Of a stretch of DNA of 64,000 bases, positions 33,388 through 43,033 are shown piece after piece (within the stretch, counting starts at the first letter, position 1; every line of letters starts with the position of its first letter). This DNA is from Sporichthyaceae bacterium (GTDB taxonomy: Bacteria > Actinomycetota > Actinomycetes > Sporichthyales > Sporichthyaceae): the NCBI GenBank assembly GCA_036269075.1, contig DATASX010000078.1:15130-79129 (forward strand), written 5' to 3'. Made by a program: the position numbers and the translations under genes. The notes beneath the pieces were generated by a model. That model was given only the letters and a program-made list of their open reading frames with translations, was not told where the DNA came from and did no database searches.

Positions 33388-35223
33388 GTGTCGGAACCAC
33401 TTGGGGCGAGCACGGGGGTGGGGCTCTCGCCCGCCGTGTCTGCGGTGGCCGCGTTTCGTTCGGTCACGGCGGCCCTGGTGGAGGAGCAAGACCTCGATAC
33501 CGTCCTGCGCCTGATCGTCACCAAGCTGTCCGAGCTGACCGGCGCCGGCCGATGTTCGATGCATCTGCTCGACCGGGAAACCGGGTTGTTCCATGGAGCT
33601 GTTGCGCACGCGCCGAGCGACATCGACTCCAAGGTGAAAGCGCTCATCAGCGGTGGGCCGGGCGACGAGTTCACCCGCGAGATCGTGCGTACCCAACGCC
33701 CCGTCATGGTCGTGAACACGCTGGTCGATCCGCGGCCGCTGCAGGTCGCCATGCGCCGGTGGCACACGAAGTCCCTGCTCGGTGTGCCGATGATCCTCCG
33801 CGACGAGGTGATCGGCGTCCTGTGCCTGGACAACGAGGACGTCGTGCTCGAGTTCGGTGCCCACGACCAAGAACTGGCGCTGATCTTCGCCGAACTCGCC
33901 GCGACCGCGGTCAATCAGGTACAGCTGACCTCCCGGTTGCGCGCCAGCCTCGCCACCCAGGCAGGCCAGCTCTCGAGGCTCCAACAGGCCGCCCGGATGG
34001 AGAACCAGCTCACCGAGATCCTGCTCCGCGGCTGGGGAGTTCGCGGCCTTGTCGAGGCCGTGTCGCGCCTGCTGGACAAGCCGTGCTGGATCTACGACGC
34101 GAGCTTCCACTGTCTTGCCCAAGCAAACCCCGAAGGAGGAGTTGTCCGCATGCTCGACGAGGACCTGCGCCGGCAGCCGGCCGTGGCGTCGCTGCTCGAG
34201 CAACTTTCCGGGGGCCACCCGCTGACCGTGGGACCGCTTCCGCGAGCCGACCTGTTGCACCGGCTGATGGTGGCCAAGATCGCGGTCGAGGAGGAATGCC
34301 GGGGCTATGTCGTGGTCGCGGAGCATCCTGGCCGCTTCGGGCCTTTCGACGCAGCGATCGTGCGCCGTGCCGCCCACAATTTGGCGCTGGAGCGTTCGCG
34401 CGCCAGGCGCGAGGGTGACATCGAATGGCACGCCGTCGAGGCGTTCACCGGGAGCCTGATCCGAGGCGAACGGGTGGCGCTCGACTACCGCGCCCAGGGC
34501 CTCGGAATCAGTCTGGACTCTCCGCGCGTGGTGGTGCTGGTCGGCCGTCGAGACGGCGGAGAGTTCGACCTCACCCCGAAGCTGATGGCCCGCATGATGA
34601 CGGCAACCGACGCTCCATCCGCGGTCCTGGCCACGCCTTCGGGCAACGACATCGCCCTTGTCATCGAGGTACCCGGCACCCTCGACGAGCGCGCCGGATC
34701 TGCCTGGGTGCGCAAGCAGGCTGAGATTGCGTTGGACGGTATGCAGCACGCCTGCCCGGTCTTCATCGCGATCTCCACGATCGTCCGGTCGCCCGGTGAT
34801 GACGCCGCCGCGCACACTCAGGCCTGCCAGGTGTTGCAGGTCATGCGGGCCCATGTCGACTCCGATGGCGACATGGTGCTCGCGACCGGTGACCTGGGCG
34901 CCGGACGGCTCCTGCTCGCGACCGCCGACCACGACTGGGCGCAACGCTTCGCCCGCGACACCTTGGGTGCGATCCTGTCGCCGGCGCCCAAGCACGAGGA
35001 GCTGCTCGTCACCCTCAACGCGTTCCTCCAGGTCGGTCGGGGCGTGCGCCGCGCTGCGGAGCTTCTTGATGTGCATCCGAATACCGTCAGGTATCGGCTG
35101 GCCAACATCGAACGGATCACCGGTCTGGCCGTGACGACCGACGACCATGCGTATCTGACGGCCCAAATGGCGCTGCTCGTGCTGCGCCTCTCCGGTCGCC
35201 TGCCGTTGGTGCCGCTCGCCTAG
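33388..35223 (+). CDS. GAF-domain / PucR(CdaR)-family transcriptional regulator
   Basis: 611 aa. N-terminal GAF-like region (LIVTKLSELTGAGRCSMHLLD...LGVPMILRDEVIGVLCLDN). C-terminal PucR HTH (RRAAELLDVHPNTVRYRLANIERITG). Confidence 0.8.
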   Translation: MSEPLGASTGVGLSPAVSAVAAFRSVTAALVEEQDLDTVLRLIVTKLSELTGAGRCSMHLLDRETGLFHGAVAHAPSDIDSKVKALISGGPGDEFTREIVRTQRPVMVVNTLVDPRPLQVAMRRWHTKSLLGVPMILRDEVIGVLCLDNEDVVLEFGAHDQELALIFAELAATAVNQVQLTSRLRASLATQAGQLSRLQQAARMENQLTEILLRGWGVRGLVEAVSRLLDKPCWIYDASFHCLAQANPEGGVVRMLDEDLRRQPAVASLLEQLSGGHPLTVGPLPRADLLHRLMVAKIAVEEECRGYVVVAEHPGRFGPFDAAIVRRAAHNLALERSRARREGDIEWHAVEAFTGSLIRGERVALDYRAQGLGISLDSPRVVVLVGRRDGGEFDLTPKLMARMMTATDAPSAVLATPSGNDIALVIEVPGTLDERAGSAWVRKQAEIALDGMQHACPVFIAISTIVRSPGDDAAAHTQACQVLQVMRAHVDSDGDMVLATGDLGAGRLLLATADHDWAQRFARDTLGAILSPAPKHEELLVTLNAFLQVGRGVRRAAELLDVHPNTVRYRLANIERITGLAVTTDDHAYLTAQMALLVLRLSGRLPLVPLA

Positions 35224-35681
35224 GTCGGAGGTATCCGCTGGAGGCCGGCGGCGCGCCGGGCGCGATCGCTCATGCGTTGGTGCAGGTCGAACAGCAGGGC
35301 ATCCACAGCGGGATCGAGGGTGTCCGAGTTCCGCCATGCCTGTTGGATGTCATCGAGGTCGGCCTGCAGTCGTTCGTTCTCGTGGATCGACCCGGCGAGC
35401 GCGCCGTCCTGCACGCCGGGGACCGGCTGTTGCCAATCCACCCGATGGGTCGGAACCAACCCCGTCCGGGTGCCGATCTGCGCCAACGTCGCTCGCAGAT
35501 CCGCGTTGTCCTCAGCCACATAGGCCGGCATCAGGTCCCAGGTCCGCTCCAGCTGATCGAGGATGTGTATTGCCGCCTTCAGTTGGCGAGCGGCAGCCCC
35601 GGCAGGGACGGCTGGGAGAACCTGGGTGGTGAGCGCCTCGCGGGTCAGGGCGAGCAGTTCTCCGGGCGTAGGCCTCAGCAC
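35220..35681 (-). CDS. hypothetical protein (last gene of the P450-FadD operon)
   Basis: GTG at 35681 overlaps the phosphotransferase stop by 7 nt. 153 aa, all-helical-looking. The longer ORF-track N-terminus (to 35942) overlaps the upstream gene. Confidence 0.5.
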   Translation of the reverse strand: MLRPTPGELLALTREALTTQVLPAVPAGAAARQLKAAIHILDQLERTWDLMPAYVAEDNADLRATLAQIGTRTGLVPTHRVDWQQPVPGVQDGALAGSIHENERLQADLDDIQQAWRNSDTLDPAVDALLFDLHQRMSDRARRAAGLQRIPPT

Positions 35682-36685
35682 GGGTCCGCCACCTTCGATT
35701 GATCGATCCAGGACAGGCACAGATCCACGGCAGGAACGACGGTTCGGGTGCGATCCGCCAGGCGGAGGTTCATGGTCAAGCCGTCCACCACCGATCGTGC
35801 GGCCTGCAGGCTGATCACCGCGAACTTCACCTCGGCGAACACCCGGTGCCACAGCAGGGAGTCCGCGTCGACGGCGCCCCCGCCGGCAGCGACGTAGGCC
35901 TCGACGAATTCCGGCAGCGGGAGGAACCGCGCCGGGCTCCACAATGCGCGATAGGCCCAGGCAAGGTCCTCGGTCGGGTTTCCGACGTGGGCCATCTCCC
36001 AGTCCAGAACGCCGGTGATGCGCTCGCCGTCGTAAAGCACGTTTCCCACCCGAAAATCACCGTGCACCACGGCGAAGCGCTCCGGCGGGCGCTCGTGATC
36101 GGCCAGCCAATCGAAGAGCCATCCCAATGCCGGGTGCGGCTCCAGCCGGGCGGCCAGGAACTGGTCTCGCCAGTGCGCGAGGTGACTCTGCGCGCCGGGG
36201 ACCTCGGTGTGCGCCGGAGTCGCCGAATGCAGCTCAGCCGCCGCGCGGGCCAGATCCAGGGTGCGCGCGCGTCCGGTCGCCGGGTCCGCAGCCAAGTAGG
36301 ACACGGGGTCCGCGCTGCCCGTCATCCGTTGCAGCAGAACGGCGGGACCCCCCAGGAGGTGCCCGTCGAGGTCGTGCGCCCAGACGCGGGGAGCACGAAC
36401 GCCCTGCTGCGCCAGAGCGGACAGGTGGCGGACTTCCTCGGCCGGGTCGGTACGCACCTGCGAACCCGGCTGCCGGACCAGCAGGATCACCGGTTCCGCG
36501 CTCGGGACACCGCAGGCATCGACCCACTCCACCGACGCAGCCCACGCCCGCCGGGCGTTGCCGCCGAAGACCTGGACCGCATCGCTGACGCTGACGCTTC
36601 GGGCGTCCGGGTGCCACGCCCCGAACAGCTCGCCGATCCCTTCGGTGACCTGTTCGAGGCTCAACTCAACCGGCGGCGCCGTCAC
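35675..36685 (-). CDS. aminoglycoside-phosphotransferase (APH)-fold kinase family protein
   Basis: GTG 36685 overlaps the SDR stop (TAGTG). 336 aa. Catalytic loop VVHGDFRVGNVLY and GVLDWEMAHVGNP. Confidence 0.8.
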   Translation of the reverse strand: MTAPPVELSLEQVTEGIGELFGAWHPDARSVSVSDAVQVFGGNARRAWAASVEWVDACGVPSAEPVILLVRQPGSQVRTDPAEEVRHLSALAQQGVRAPRVWAHDLDGHLLGGPAVLLQRMTGSADPVSYLAADPATGRARTLDLARAAAELHSATPAHTEVPGAQSHLAHWRDQFLAARLEPHPALGWLFDWLADHERPPERFAVVHGDFRVGNVLYDGERITGVLDWEMAHVGNPTEDLAWAYRALWSPARFLPLPEFVEAYVAAGGGAVDADSLLWHRVFAEVKFAVISLQAARSVVDGLTMNLRLADRTRTVVPAVDLCLSWIDQSKVADPC

Positions 36686-37491
36686 TAGCGGACTCCCGCC
36701 GCCACCCGCATCGTCTCCCCGGTGATCGCGTCGGACTGTGGCTCGAGGAAGAACGCGATGCCCTCGCCGAGGTCGTCCGGGGTCGCCAGATCGCCGAGCG
36801 CGGTGTACTCGAGGTGGCGGTTCAGGTAGCTCTGGTCGATCCACTTGCGGACCCGGTCGGAGAGCACCAGGCCGGGGGCGATGCAGTTGGCCCGAATGCC
36901 GTTGCGACCGCCCTGCATGCTGAGGCTTTGGGTGAAGGCCACAACTGCGGCCTTCGCGGAGTTGTAGGCGGCGTTGCCGAGCTCCATCCGGTTGGCGAAC
37001 GCGGCGAGCGAGGCGACGTTGACGACCTTGCCGTAGAGCTGGGCGGTGAAGTGCTTCTCCAGCGCCCGACACATCAGGAACGCGCTGGTCACGTTCAGGG
37101 CGTACATCGCGTTCCATGACTCCAGCGAGAACGACTCGAGCGGGACGTCGTAGACCTCGCGGTCGATGTTCACCATGCCGCCGGCGACGTTGGCGATCCC
37201 GTGCACGGCGCCGAACTCGCGCAGCGCGGTGTCGGTGGCCTCGGTGGTGCCGGCCTCGGTCGTGACGTCCACCTTGCAGGTCCGCAGGGTTCCGGGCAGG
37301 TCCGCCGCCTTGTCGACCGTCTCGGCCAGCCGGCGTGAGCTCAGGTCGACGGCGAGCACCTTCGAGCCGGCCTTGAGCAGCCGCAGCGCGGCGGCCCCGC
37401 CGATACCGCCGCCGGCGCCGGTGACGATGTAGACCCGCTCGGAAAGGGGCAGCGTGAGGCGCGGTGGCGGGACGAACTCGGTCTCGGACAC
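36685..37491 (-). CDS. SDR-family oxidoreductase
   Basis: 268 aa. TGAGGGIGGAAA, NVAG, YNSAKAA. Confidence 0.9.
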   Translation of the reverse strand: MSETEFVPPPRLTLPLSERVYIVTGAGGGIGGAAALRLLKAGSKVLAVDLSSRRLAETVDKAADLPGTLRTCKVDVTTEAGTTEATDTALREFGAVHGIANVAGGMVNIDREVYDVPLESFSLESWNAMYALNVTSAFLMCRALEKHFTAQLYGKVVNVASLAAFANRMELGNAAYNSAKAAVVAFTQSLSMQGGRNGIRANCIAPGLVLSDRVRKWIDQSYLNRHLEYTALGDLATPDDLGEGIAFFLEPQSDAITGETMRVAAGVR

Positions 37492-37519
37492 GGCTGACTC
37501 CAGGAAAACTGAGGGGTGA

Positions 37520-38332
37520 TCAGATGTACGAGCGCTGCTCGAAAACCGGGGGACGCTTCTCGCGCAGGGCGTTGAGACCTTCCTGCGCCTCGGGTCCGGT
37601 GAACCCGATGATCCCGAATGCGAGAGAGGCTTCGAACGACGACCAGTTCGAGCGGATCCAGTTGTTCAGGGCCGACTTGGTCCAGCGGATCGCACCGGGC
37701 GCGCCCTTGGACAGCTTGATGGCGATCTCCAGGGCGCGGCGGTCCACCTGGTCGTCGTCGACGCAGAAGGTGACCAGGCCGATCCGTTCGGCCTCCTCGC
37801 CGCTGATCGCCTCGGAGGTCATCAGGTAGTACTTGGCCTTCGACATCCCCACCAGCAGGGGCCAGATCGCGACCGCATGGTCGTCCGCCGCGACGCCGAG
37901 CGTGGTGTGCCCGTCGACGAGCTTGGCGGTCCGGCCGGCCACCGACACGTCGGCCAGCAACGCCGCGGCGAGTCCACCGCCGGCGGCGGCGCCGCTGATC
38001 GCGGACACGATCGGCTTGTTGCACTCGAGCATGTTCAACACCAGCGCGCGGCCCTCCTTCCACATCTGCATGCGGAAGTCGTGGTCGTCGATGATGCGCT
38101 GCACCATGTCGAAGTCGCCGCCGGCGGAGAACGCGCGGCCCTTGCCGCCGAGCACCACCGCGGAGACCTCGGGGTCGGCGTCGATCAGCTTCCACACGGC
38201 ACCGAGTTCGCAGTGCATGGCGAAGTCGAACGAATTCATCGGTGGCCGGTTCATCATGACCCGCAGTACGTGCGGCTCCGGCCAGTCCAGTTCGAGGCTC
38301 TGGTAGTCGGGGTAGAGCACCTTCTCCGACAT
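37520..38332 (-). CDS. enoyl-CoA hydratase/isomerase (crotonase family)
   Basis: Internal ATG 38332 (MSEKVLYPDYQSLELDW...). VVLGGKGRAFSAGGDF ... SAISGAAAGGGLAAALLADV. Confidence 0.9.
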   Translation of the reverse strand: MSEKVLYPDYQSLELDWPEPHVLRVMMNRPPMNSFDFAMHCELGAVWKLIDADPEVSAVVLGGKGRAFSAGGDFDMVQRIIDDHDFRMQMWKEGRALVLNMLECNKPIVSAISGAAAGGGLAAALLADVSVAGRTAKLVDGHTTLGVAADDHAVAIWPLLVGMSKAKYYLMTSEAISGEEAERIGLVTFCVDDDQVDRRALEIAIKLSKGAPGAIRWTKSALNNWIRSNWSSFEASLAFGIIGFTGPEAQEGLNALREKRPPVFEQRSYI

Positions 38333-38334
38333 GG

Positions 38335-39924
38335 CTACTGGCCCTTTCCCTGCGCGAACTCCGTGCGGAGTTCGTGCTTGGCGATCTTCCCGTAGACGGC
38401 CCGGGGAAGCTCCTCGCGGATCTCCACCCGGCTGACCCGCTGGTACTTGGCCAGCTGGAGGTTGCCCCACTCCCGCAGCGTCTGCGCGTCCACTGTTCCA
38501 CCGGGGCGCAGCAGCACGACGAGCACCGGCGTCTCGCCCCACTTGTCGTGCGGTTCGCCGATGCCCGCACACTCGCTGACATCGGGATGGCGCATGAAGA
38601 CGTCCTCGATGTCGATCGCGAAGATGTTGTGGCCGCCGGACTTGATCATGTCCTTCAGCCGGCCGGAGACGTGGACGAAGCCGTCGGTGTCCATGTGCCC
38701 GACGTCGCCGGTACGCATGAACGTGCGCCCGTCCGGGGCGACCCAGGTCGTCTCCTGAGTGCGTCGCGGGTTCTTGTAGTAGCCGGTCATCATCATCAGC
38801 GCGCGGGCGACGATCTCGCCGGTCTGCCCGGCGGCCACCTCGGTCAGGTCCTCGCCGATGACGCGGATGTCGTCCAGGAACAGCGAGGTGCCGACGCTGT
38901 TCTGCTTGCCCCGGGCGGCGTCCTCGGGGGTGCGCAGGGTCGCGAAGCCCTCGGTGGCCCCGTAGACCTCGTACAGCCCGCTGCTCGGGAAGGCCGCGAC
39001 GATCTCGTCGTAGGTCCGCCTCGCCATCGGCTGACCGGCCGTCACAAGTGCGCGCAGCGAGCTGACGTCGAACGAACGCAGCTTCTCGTGCGCCAGGATC
39101 GTGATGAACTGCGTCGGTACCAGGAACGCGTGGGTGGCGCGCTCCCGTTCGACCGCGGTCAGCCAGGCCTGCGCGGAGAACGAGCGCAGGATCACCAGCG
39201 TGCCGCCGGTGTACATGACCGGCGCCATGGTGATCCACGTGCCGGACGCGTACGGCGGGGTGCCGAGGACCGCGACCGAGTACCGGTCCACCTTGAGCCC
39301 GATGCCGAATCCGTAGGGGTAAGCCATCCGGCTGGCGTGGGTGTGCTCGATGCCCTTGGGCTCGCCGGTGCTGCCGGAGGTGTAGAGGATCGTGCTGATG
39401 TCGGTGGGCGCGATGGCCACCCCGCAGGGCGTGTCCGGGGCTGCGTCGAGTTCCGCGCGCGCGGACGTCCAGCCTGCTGCGCCCGCCCCGAAGGTCAGCC
39501 ACGCCGTGATCGCCGGCAGCCGGTCCCGGATCGAGTCCAGCAGCTCCTCGGTTCCGGTGTCGGCGACTATCACCACGGCGTCGGAGTTCCCCGCCAGTCG
39601 GGCCAGTGCGTTCATGTCGAGCATGACGTTCAGCGGCACCGCGACGCAGCCCGCCTTCAGGGTGCCCCAGAACGCGATCCACGCGTCGAGCGAGGCCGGC
39701 ATGAGCAGCGCGACCTTGTCCCCGGTGCGCAGGCCGCGGGCCCGCAGGGCGTTGGCGAACCGGTTGGTCCGCGCGTGCGCCTCGCGCCAGGTGATCCGCT
39801 CGTCCTCGCAGACGACCGCGATGCGGTCGCCGTGGATCCGGGCGTTGTGCGCGAAGACGTCCGGCATCAGCAGCGCGAAGTCGAAGCTCAGCGGGGGGGT
39901 CGCGGTGCTCACCACAGCTCCCAT
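38335..39924 (-). CDS. acyl-CoA synthetase / AMP-dependent ligase
   Basis: AMP-binding motif ILYTSGSTGEPKGI, then TGDVGHMDTDGF and the C-terminal GKIAKHELR. The start is ATG 39924 or GTG 39912; the latter gives a GTGA overlap with the upstream stop. Confidence 0.9.
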   Translation of the reverse strand: MGAVVSTATPPLSFDFALLMPDVFAHNARIHGDRIAVVCEDERITWREAHARTNRFANALRARGLRTGDKVALLMPASLDAWIAFWGTLKAGCVAVPLNVMLDMNALARLAGNSDAVVIVADTGTEELLDSIRDRLPAITAWLTFGAGAAGWTSARAELDAAPDTPCGVAIAPTDISTILYTSGSTGEPKGIEHTHASRMAYPYGFGIGLKVDRYSVAVLGTPPYASGTWITMAPVMYTGGTLVILRSFSAQAWLTAVERERATHAFLVPTQFITILAHEKLRSFDVSSLRALVTAGQPMARRTYDEIVAAFPSSGLYEVYGATEGFATLRTPEDAARGKQNSVGTSLFLDDIRVIGEDLTEVAAGQTGEIVARALMMMTGYYKNPRRTQETTWVAPDGRTFMRTGDVGHMDTDGFVHVSGRLKDMIKSGGHNIFAIDIEDVFMRHPDVSECAGIGEPHDKWGETPVLVVLLRPGGTVDAQTLREWGNLQLAKYQRVSRVEIREELPRAVYGKIAKHELRTEFAQGKGQ

Positions 39925-41060
39925 CCAGGCTTGCCGGCCACGCATGCCTCGTAGGCGTCGGGCTCCAGTGGCTGCAGGATGCCGGTGGTGGTGCAGCCGT
40001 CGCGAGGCCCGCCGATCTCCCGTACCCGGCAGTGGTGCTCGTCCAGGCCGCGCAGGGCCAGCCGGGCGACCGGGTCGGTGACGTCGTACCGGTCCCACTC
40101 GACCCGAGGCGGCCCGTAGTACTCGCCGTGCTGCAGGCCGGGGAACTCGGCGCCCGGGCCGTCGGGCGTACCGCCGTAGAACCCGCAGCGCAGGTACGCG
40201 GTCTGCGTGCCGAGCCGCTCCAGGTGCAGGTGCCGCGTGGTGCCGTCGGACAGGGTCAGCCCGATCAGACCCTCGCTCAGGATCTGCGTGTCGGGCTCGA
40301 AGCGAAGCTTGCGATGCACCCGTTCGACCTTGCCGGCGCCCGGGCGGGGGTCGCCGTGCGGGTAGAGCACGGTCTTGCCCCAGATCGCCAGGTCGCCGAG
40401 GTCGATCCAGATCCCGCCCTTCCAGCCGCCGCGCCTGACGACCCCGTCGTTCAGGGCCGGCCCGCCGACGCCGCGGCCCACGCCCCAGTGTCGGTCGCGG
40501 GTGCCGCGCGCGCAGCCGGCCGGCCACTCCATGCGGGTGTCGCCGATCCGGACCCAGCCGTGAACGGCCACGAATGTCTCGAAGCCGACCGTGACCTGCC
40601 GCTCGCCGGTCTCGACCCGCGGTCCCCACACAGCGCCGTGGACGGCGCGGTGGGTGTCGGTGGTGGTGAGGTCGTAGGAGAAGCCCCAGCCGCCGTGCTC
40701 CAGGGTGTGCCGCCACTCGCGTAGGCCGGTGACGATGGTCGGGCGCAGCGGCCCGACGGTCAGGTCGGAGCGGTCGTCGCAGTCGCCGAGCCGCCCGAAG
40801 GCGCGGACGGAACGGTGGTCCCCACGCAGGTTGACCACCGCGTAGGACTCCGCCCGCCCGAGGTTCGGGTACCGACTGCCGCCGATCGCGACGACCAGGT
40901 CGCCGGTCTCGTCGTGCAGGACGTTCCAGTAGCGCTCGAAGAAACGCAGGTCCTGACTGTGCGGGGTGTCGGCCATCCCCAGGGTGCCGGGGCCGCGGTG
41001 CACGAGGTGGTCGTCGGCGGGGGACAGGCTCGCGTCGACGGCGACGCTCGGCCGGCTCAC
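39909..41060 (-). CDS. conserved hypothetical protein (about 383 aa), unknown function
   Basis: GTG 41060 overlaps the P450 stop (GTGA). Codon usage is coherent and the gene is embedded in a translationally coupled operon. I recognise no motif. An alternative start is the internal ATG at MADTPHSQ. Confidence 0.6.
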   Translation of the reverse strand: MSRPSVAVDASLSPADDHLVHRGPGTLGMADTPHSQDLRFFERYWNVLHDETGDLVVAIGGSRYPNLGRAESYAVVNLRGDHRSVRAFGRLGDCDDRSDLTVGPLRPTIVTGLREWRHTLEHGGWGFSYDLTTTDTHRAVHGAVWGPRVETGERQVTVGFETFVAVHGWVRIGDTRMEWPAGCARGTRDRHWGVGRGVGGPALNDGVVRRGGWKGGIWIDLGDLAIWGKTVLYPHGDPRPGAGKVERVHRKLRFEPDTQILSEGLIGLTLSDGTTRHLHLERLGTQTAYLRCGFYGGTPDGPGAEFPGLQHGEYYGPPRVEWDRYDVTDPVARLALRGLDEHHCRVREIGGPRDGCTTTGILQPLEPDAYEACVAGKPGWELW

Positions 41061-42298
41061 GTCAGGGACACCGGCAGCCTCGCGGGGCCACGCGCGACCA
41101 TCGAGTTGACCCACGGGATCTCCGCGAGCGGCTCGTCGATGTGCCAGTGCGGGAAGCGGCGCAGGATCTCGGCGAGCACGACCGCCGCCTCCATCCGCGC
41201 GACCGGCGCCCCGAGGCAGAAGTGCGCGCCCTTGGAGAACGCGAGGTGGGCCGCGGGGTGACCGTCGATGGCGAGTGCGTCGGGGTCGGTGAAGACGGCG
41301 GGGTCGCGGTTGGCGGCGGCGAGCAGAGCGAAGATCCGATCGCCGGCGCGCAGCCGTGCCCCGGCCACCTCGGTGTCGGCCGTGACCAGCCGGGCCGTGG
41401 CCAGCACGGGAGAGTCGTAGCGCAGGAACTCCTCGACCGCGGTCGGCATCAGCGCCGGCGCCGCGGCGAGCCGGGCCCGGGCGTCCGGGTTGGCCGTCAA
41501 CGCGATCAGCGCGTTGCTCAGCAGGTGCGCGGTGGTTTCCTGCGCACCGTTGGCGATCATCATCATCGCCGCGACGATCTCCTCGTCGGTGAGGGTGGTG
41601 CCGCCCGCCTCGCTGGTCAGCAGATGCGTGACGGTGTCGGCGCGCGGATCGGCCCGGCGTGCCGCGATCAGGTCGCGGAACAGGCCGGCCATGCAGTGCG
41701 CGCCGTGCCGGGCCTTCGTGTACTTGTCCGGCACGCCGCGCGAGCTGCCGATGAACAGCATCATCTCGTCCGACCACTGCTTGACCTCGGTGAGACGGTC
41801 GCGCGGGACGCCGAGCAGGTCCATCACCACGTAGCCGGGCAGGCGCAGCCCGACCTCGGCGTAGAAGTCGAAGGTGCCCCTTGCCGCGAGCTCGTCGAGC
41901 AGGCCGGTGGCGATCTCCACCGTTGCGTCGCGCAGCGCGTGCACGATCTTCGGGTTGATCGCCGAGGCGAGGTGGCGGCGCACCCGGGTGTGGTCCGGCG
42001 GGTCCTGGAACACGATCCACCTGGTGAGCCACTCCAACACCTCGCCTGCCGTGGTCCGGTCGGGCTCGGGCAGGTGGGCGTTGATCTGGGCCAGCCGGTT
42101 GGCGGAGAACACCTTTGGGGTCATCACGATCGTGTTGACGCTGGCCCAGTCCAGGGCGAGCCAGCCGGAGAGCGCCGGGCACCACTGGACTCCGCCCGCG
42201 GCCCGGAGCTCGGCGAAGACCGGGTACGGGTCCCGAAGCATCGCGGGGATGCTCGGGTCGTACTCGATCGCGGGCGTGGTCGACAGATGGGTGGACAC
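41057..42298 (-). CDS. cytochrome P450
   Basis: 413 aa. Heme loop FSKGAHFCLGAPVARME, I-helix ANGAQETT. Confidence 0.9.
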   Translation of the reverse strand: MSTHLSTTPAIEYDPSIPAMLRDPYPVFAELRAAGGVQWCPALSGWLALDWASVNTIVMTPKVFSANRLAQINAHLPEPDRTTAGEVLEWLTRWIVFQDPPDHTRVRRHLASAINPKIVHALRDATVEIATGLLDELAARGTFDFYAEVGLRLPGYVVMDLLGVPRDRLTEVKQWSDEMMLFIGSSRGVPDKYTKARHGAHCMAGLFRDLIAARRADPRADTVTHLLTSEAGGTTLTDEEIVAAMMMIANGAQETTAHLLSNALIALTANPDARARLAAAPALMPTAVEEFLRYDSPVLATARLVTADTEVAGARLRAGDRIFALLAAANRDPAVFTDPDALAIDGHPAAHLAFSKGAHFCLGAPVARMEAAVVLAEILRRFPHWHIDEPLAEIPWVNSMVARGPARLPVSLT

Positions 42299-42429
42299 GG
42301 CCCGAGGCTGACATGCAGGTCAGGGCCGGCGAGAACGCCGCTGCCCCAGAATCTGGAGCCGCGTACAAAGCGCGGCGAGCCGGGCGCGGGACGCAGCGCG
42401 GTGAGCTGTGTCACGGTCGTGCGGTGGCC

Positions 42430-42969
42430 ATGGAATTCAAGCGCGTCGTCACCGGTGTCGACGCCAAGGGAACGTCCATCTTCTACTCCGACGCGGCGAT
42501 GACGCCCGTGACGCTGGCGATGATGCCGGGTGCGAACTTCTACCAGGTGTGGGGCACCGAGGGAGTGCTGCGCAGTCCGGTGGTCGACCCGGCCGTGCCG
42601 AGCAAGAACTTCTTCCCCGGCCCCGGCGGGTCCCGGTTCGGCCTGCTCACCTTCCCGCCGGACGCGGATCCTGACCCGGACGCCGCGCTGCCGGACGAGG
42701 CGACGATCAATGCCCTGATCGCCGAGGCGGAGGAGAAGCTCCCGGGCCTGATCGGTGTGTTCGAGCCCGATGCTCCCGGCATGCACCAGACCGTCACGGT
42801 TGACTACCTGATGGTCGTCACGGGTGAGCTCTGGCTCGAGCTCGACGACGGTGCCGAGGTCCACCTGCCGACGGGCAGTTGCATCGTGCAGAACGGTGCC
42901 CGGCACGCCTGGCGGAACAGGAGCGGCGCCCCGGCGACGCTCGCCTACGTGAGCCTGGCGGTCGTCTGA
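42430..42969 (+). CDS. cupin-domain protein
   Basis: ATG 42430 (MEFKRVVTGVDAKG...). C-terminal cupin strands MHQTVTVDYLMVVTGELWLELDDGAEVHLPTGSCIVQNGARHAWRN. Confidence 0.7.
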   Translation: MEFKRVVTGVDAKGTSIFYSDAAMTPVTLAMMPGANFYQVWGTEGVLRSPVVDPAVPSKNFFPGPGGSRFGLLTFPPDADPDPDAALPDEATINALIAEAEEKLPGLIGVFEPDAPGMHQTVTVDYLMVVTGELWLELDDGAEVHLPTGSCIVQNGARHAWRNRSGAPATLAYVSLAVV

Positions 42970-43033
42970 GCTTGCCCATCCCGTTGCGCCGCACCGTTCT
43001 CTGCCTCGCCCGGTACCGAAGGGACAACCCGAC

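Noticed and set aside
32275-35337. 1020-aa minus-strand ORF
   Set aside because: A shadow ORF antisense to the alpha/beta hydrolase and the GAF-PucR regulator. Low-complexity Arg/Gly/Pro-rich translation.
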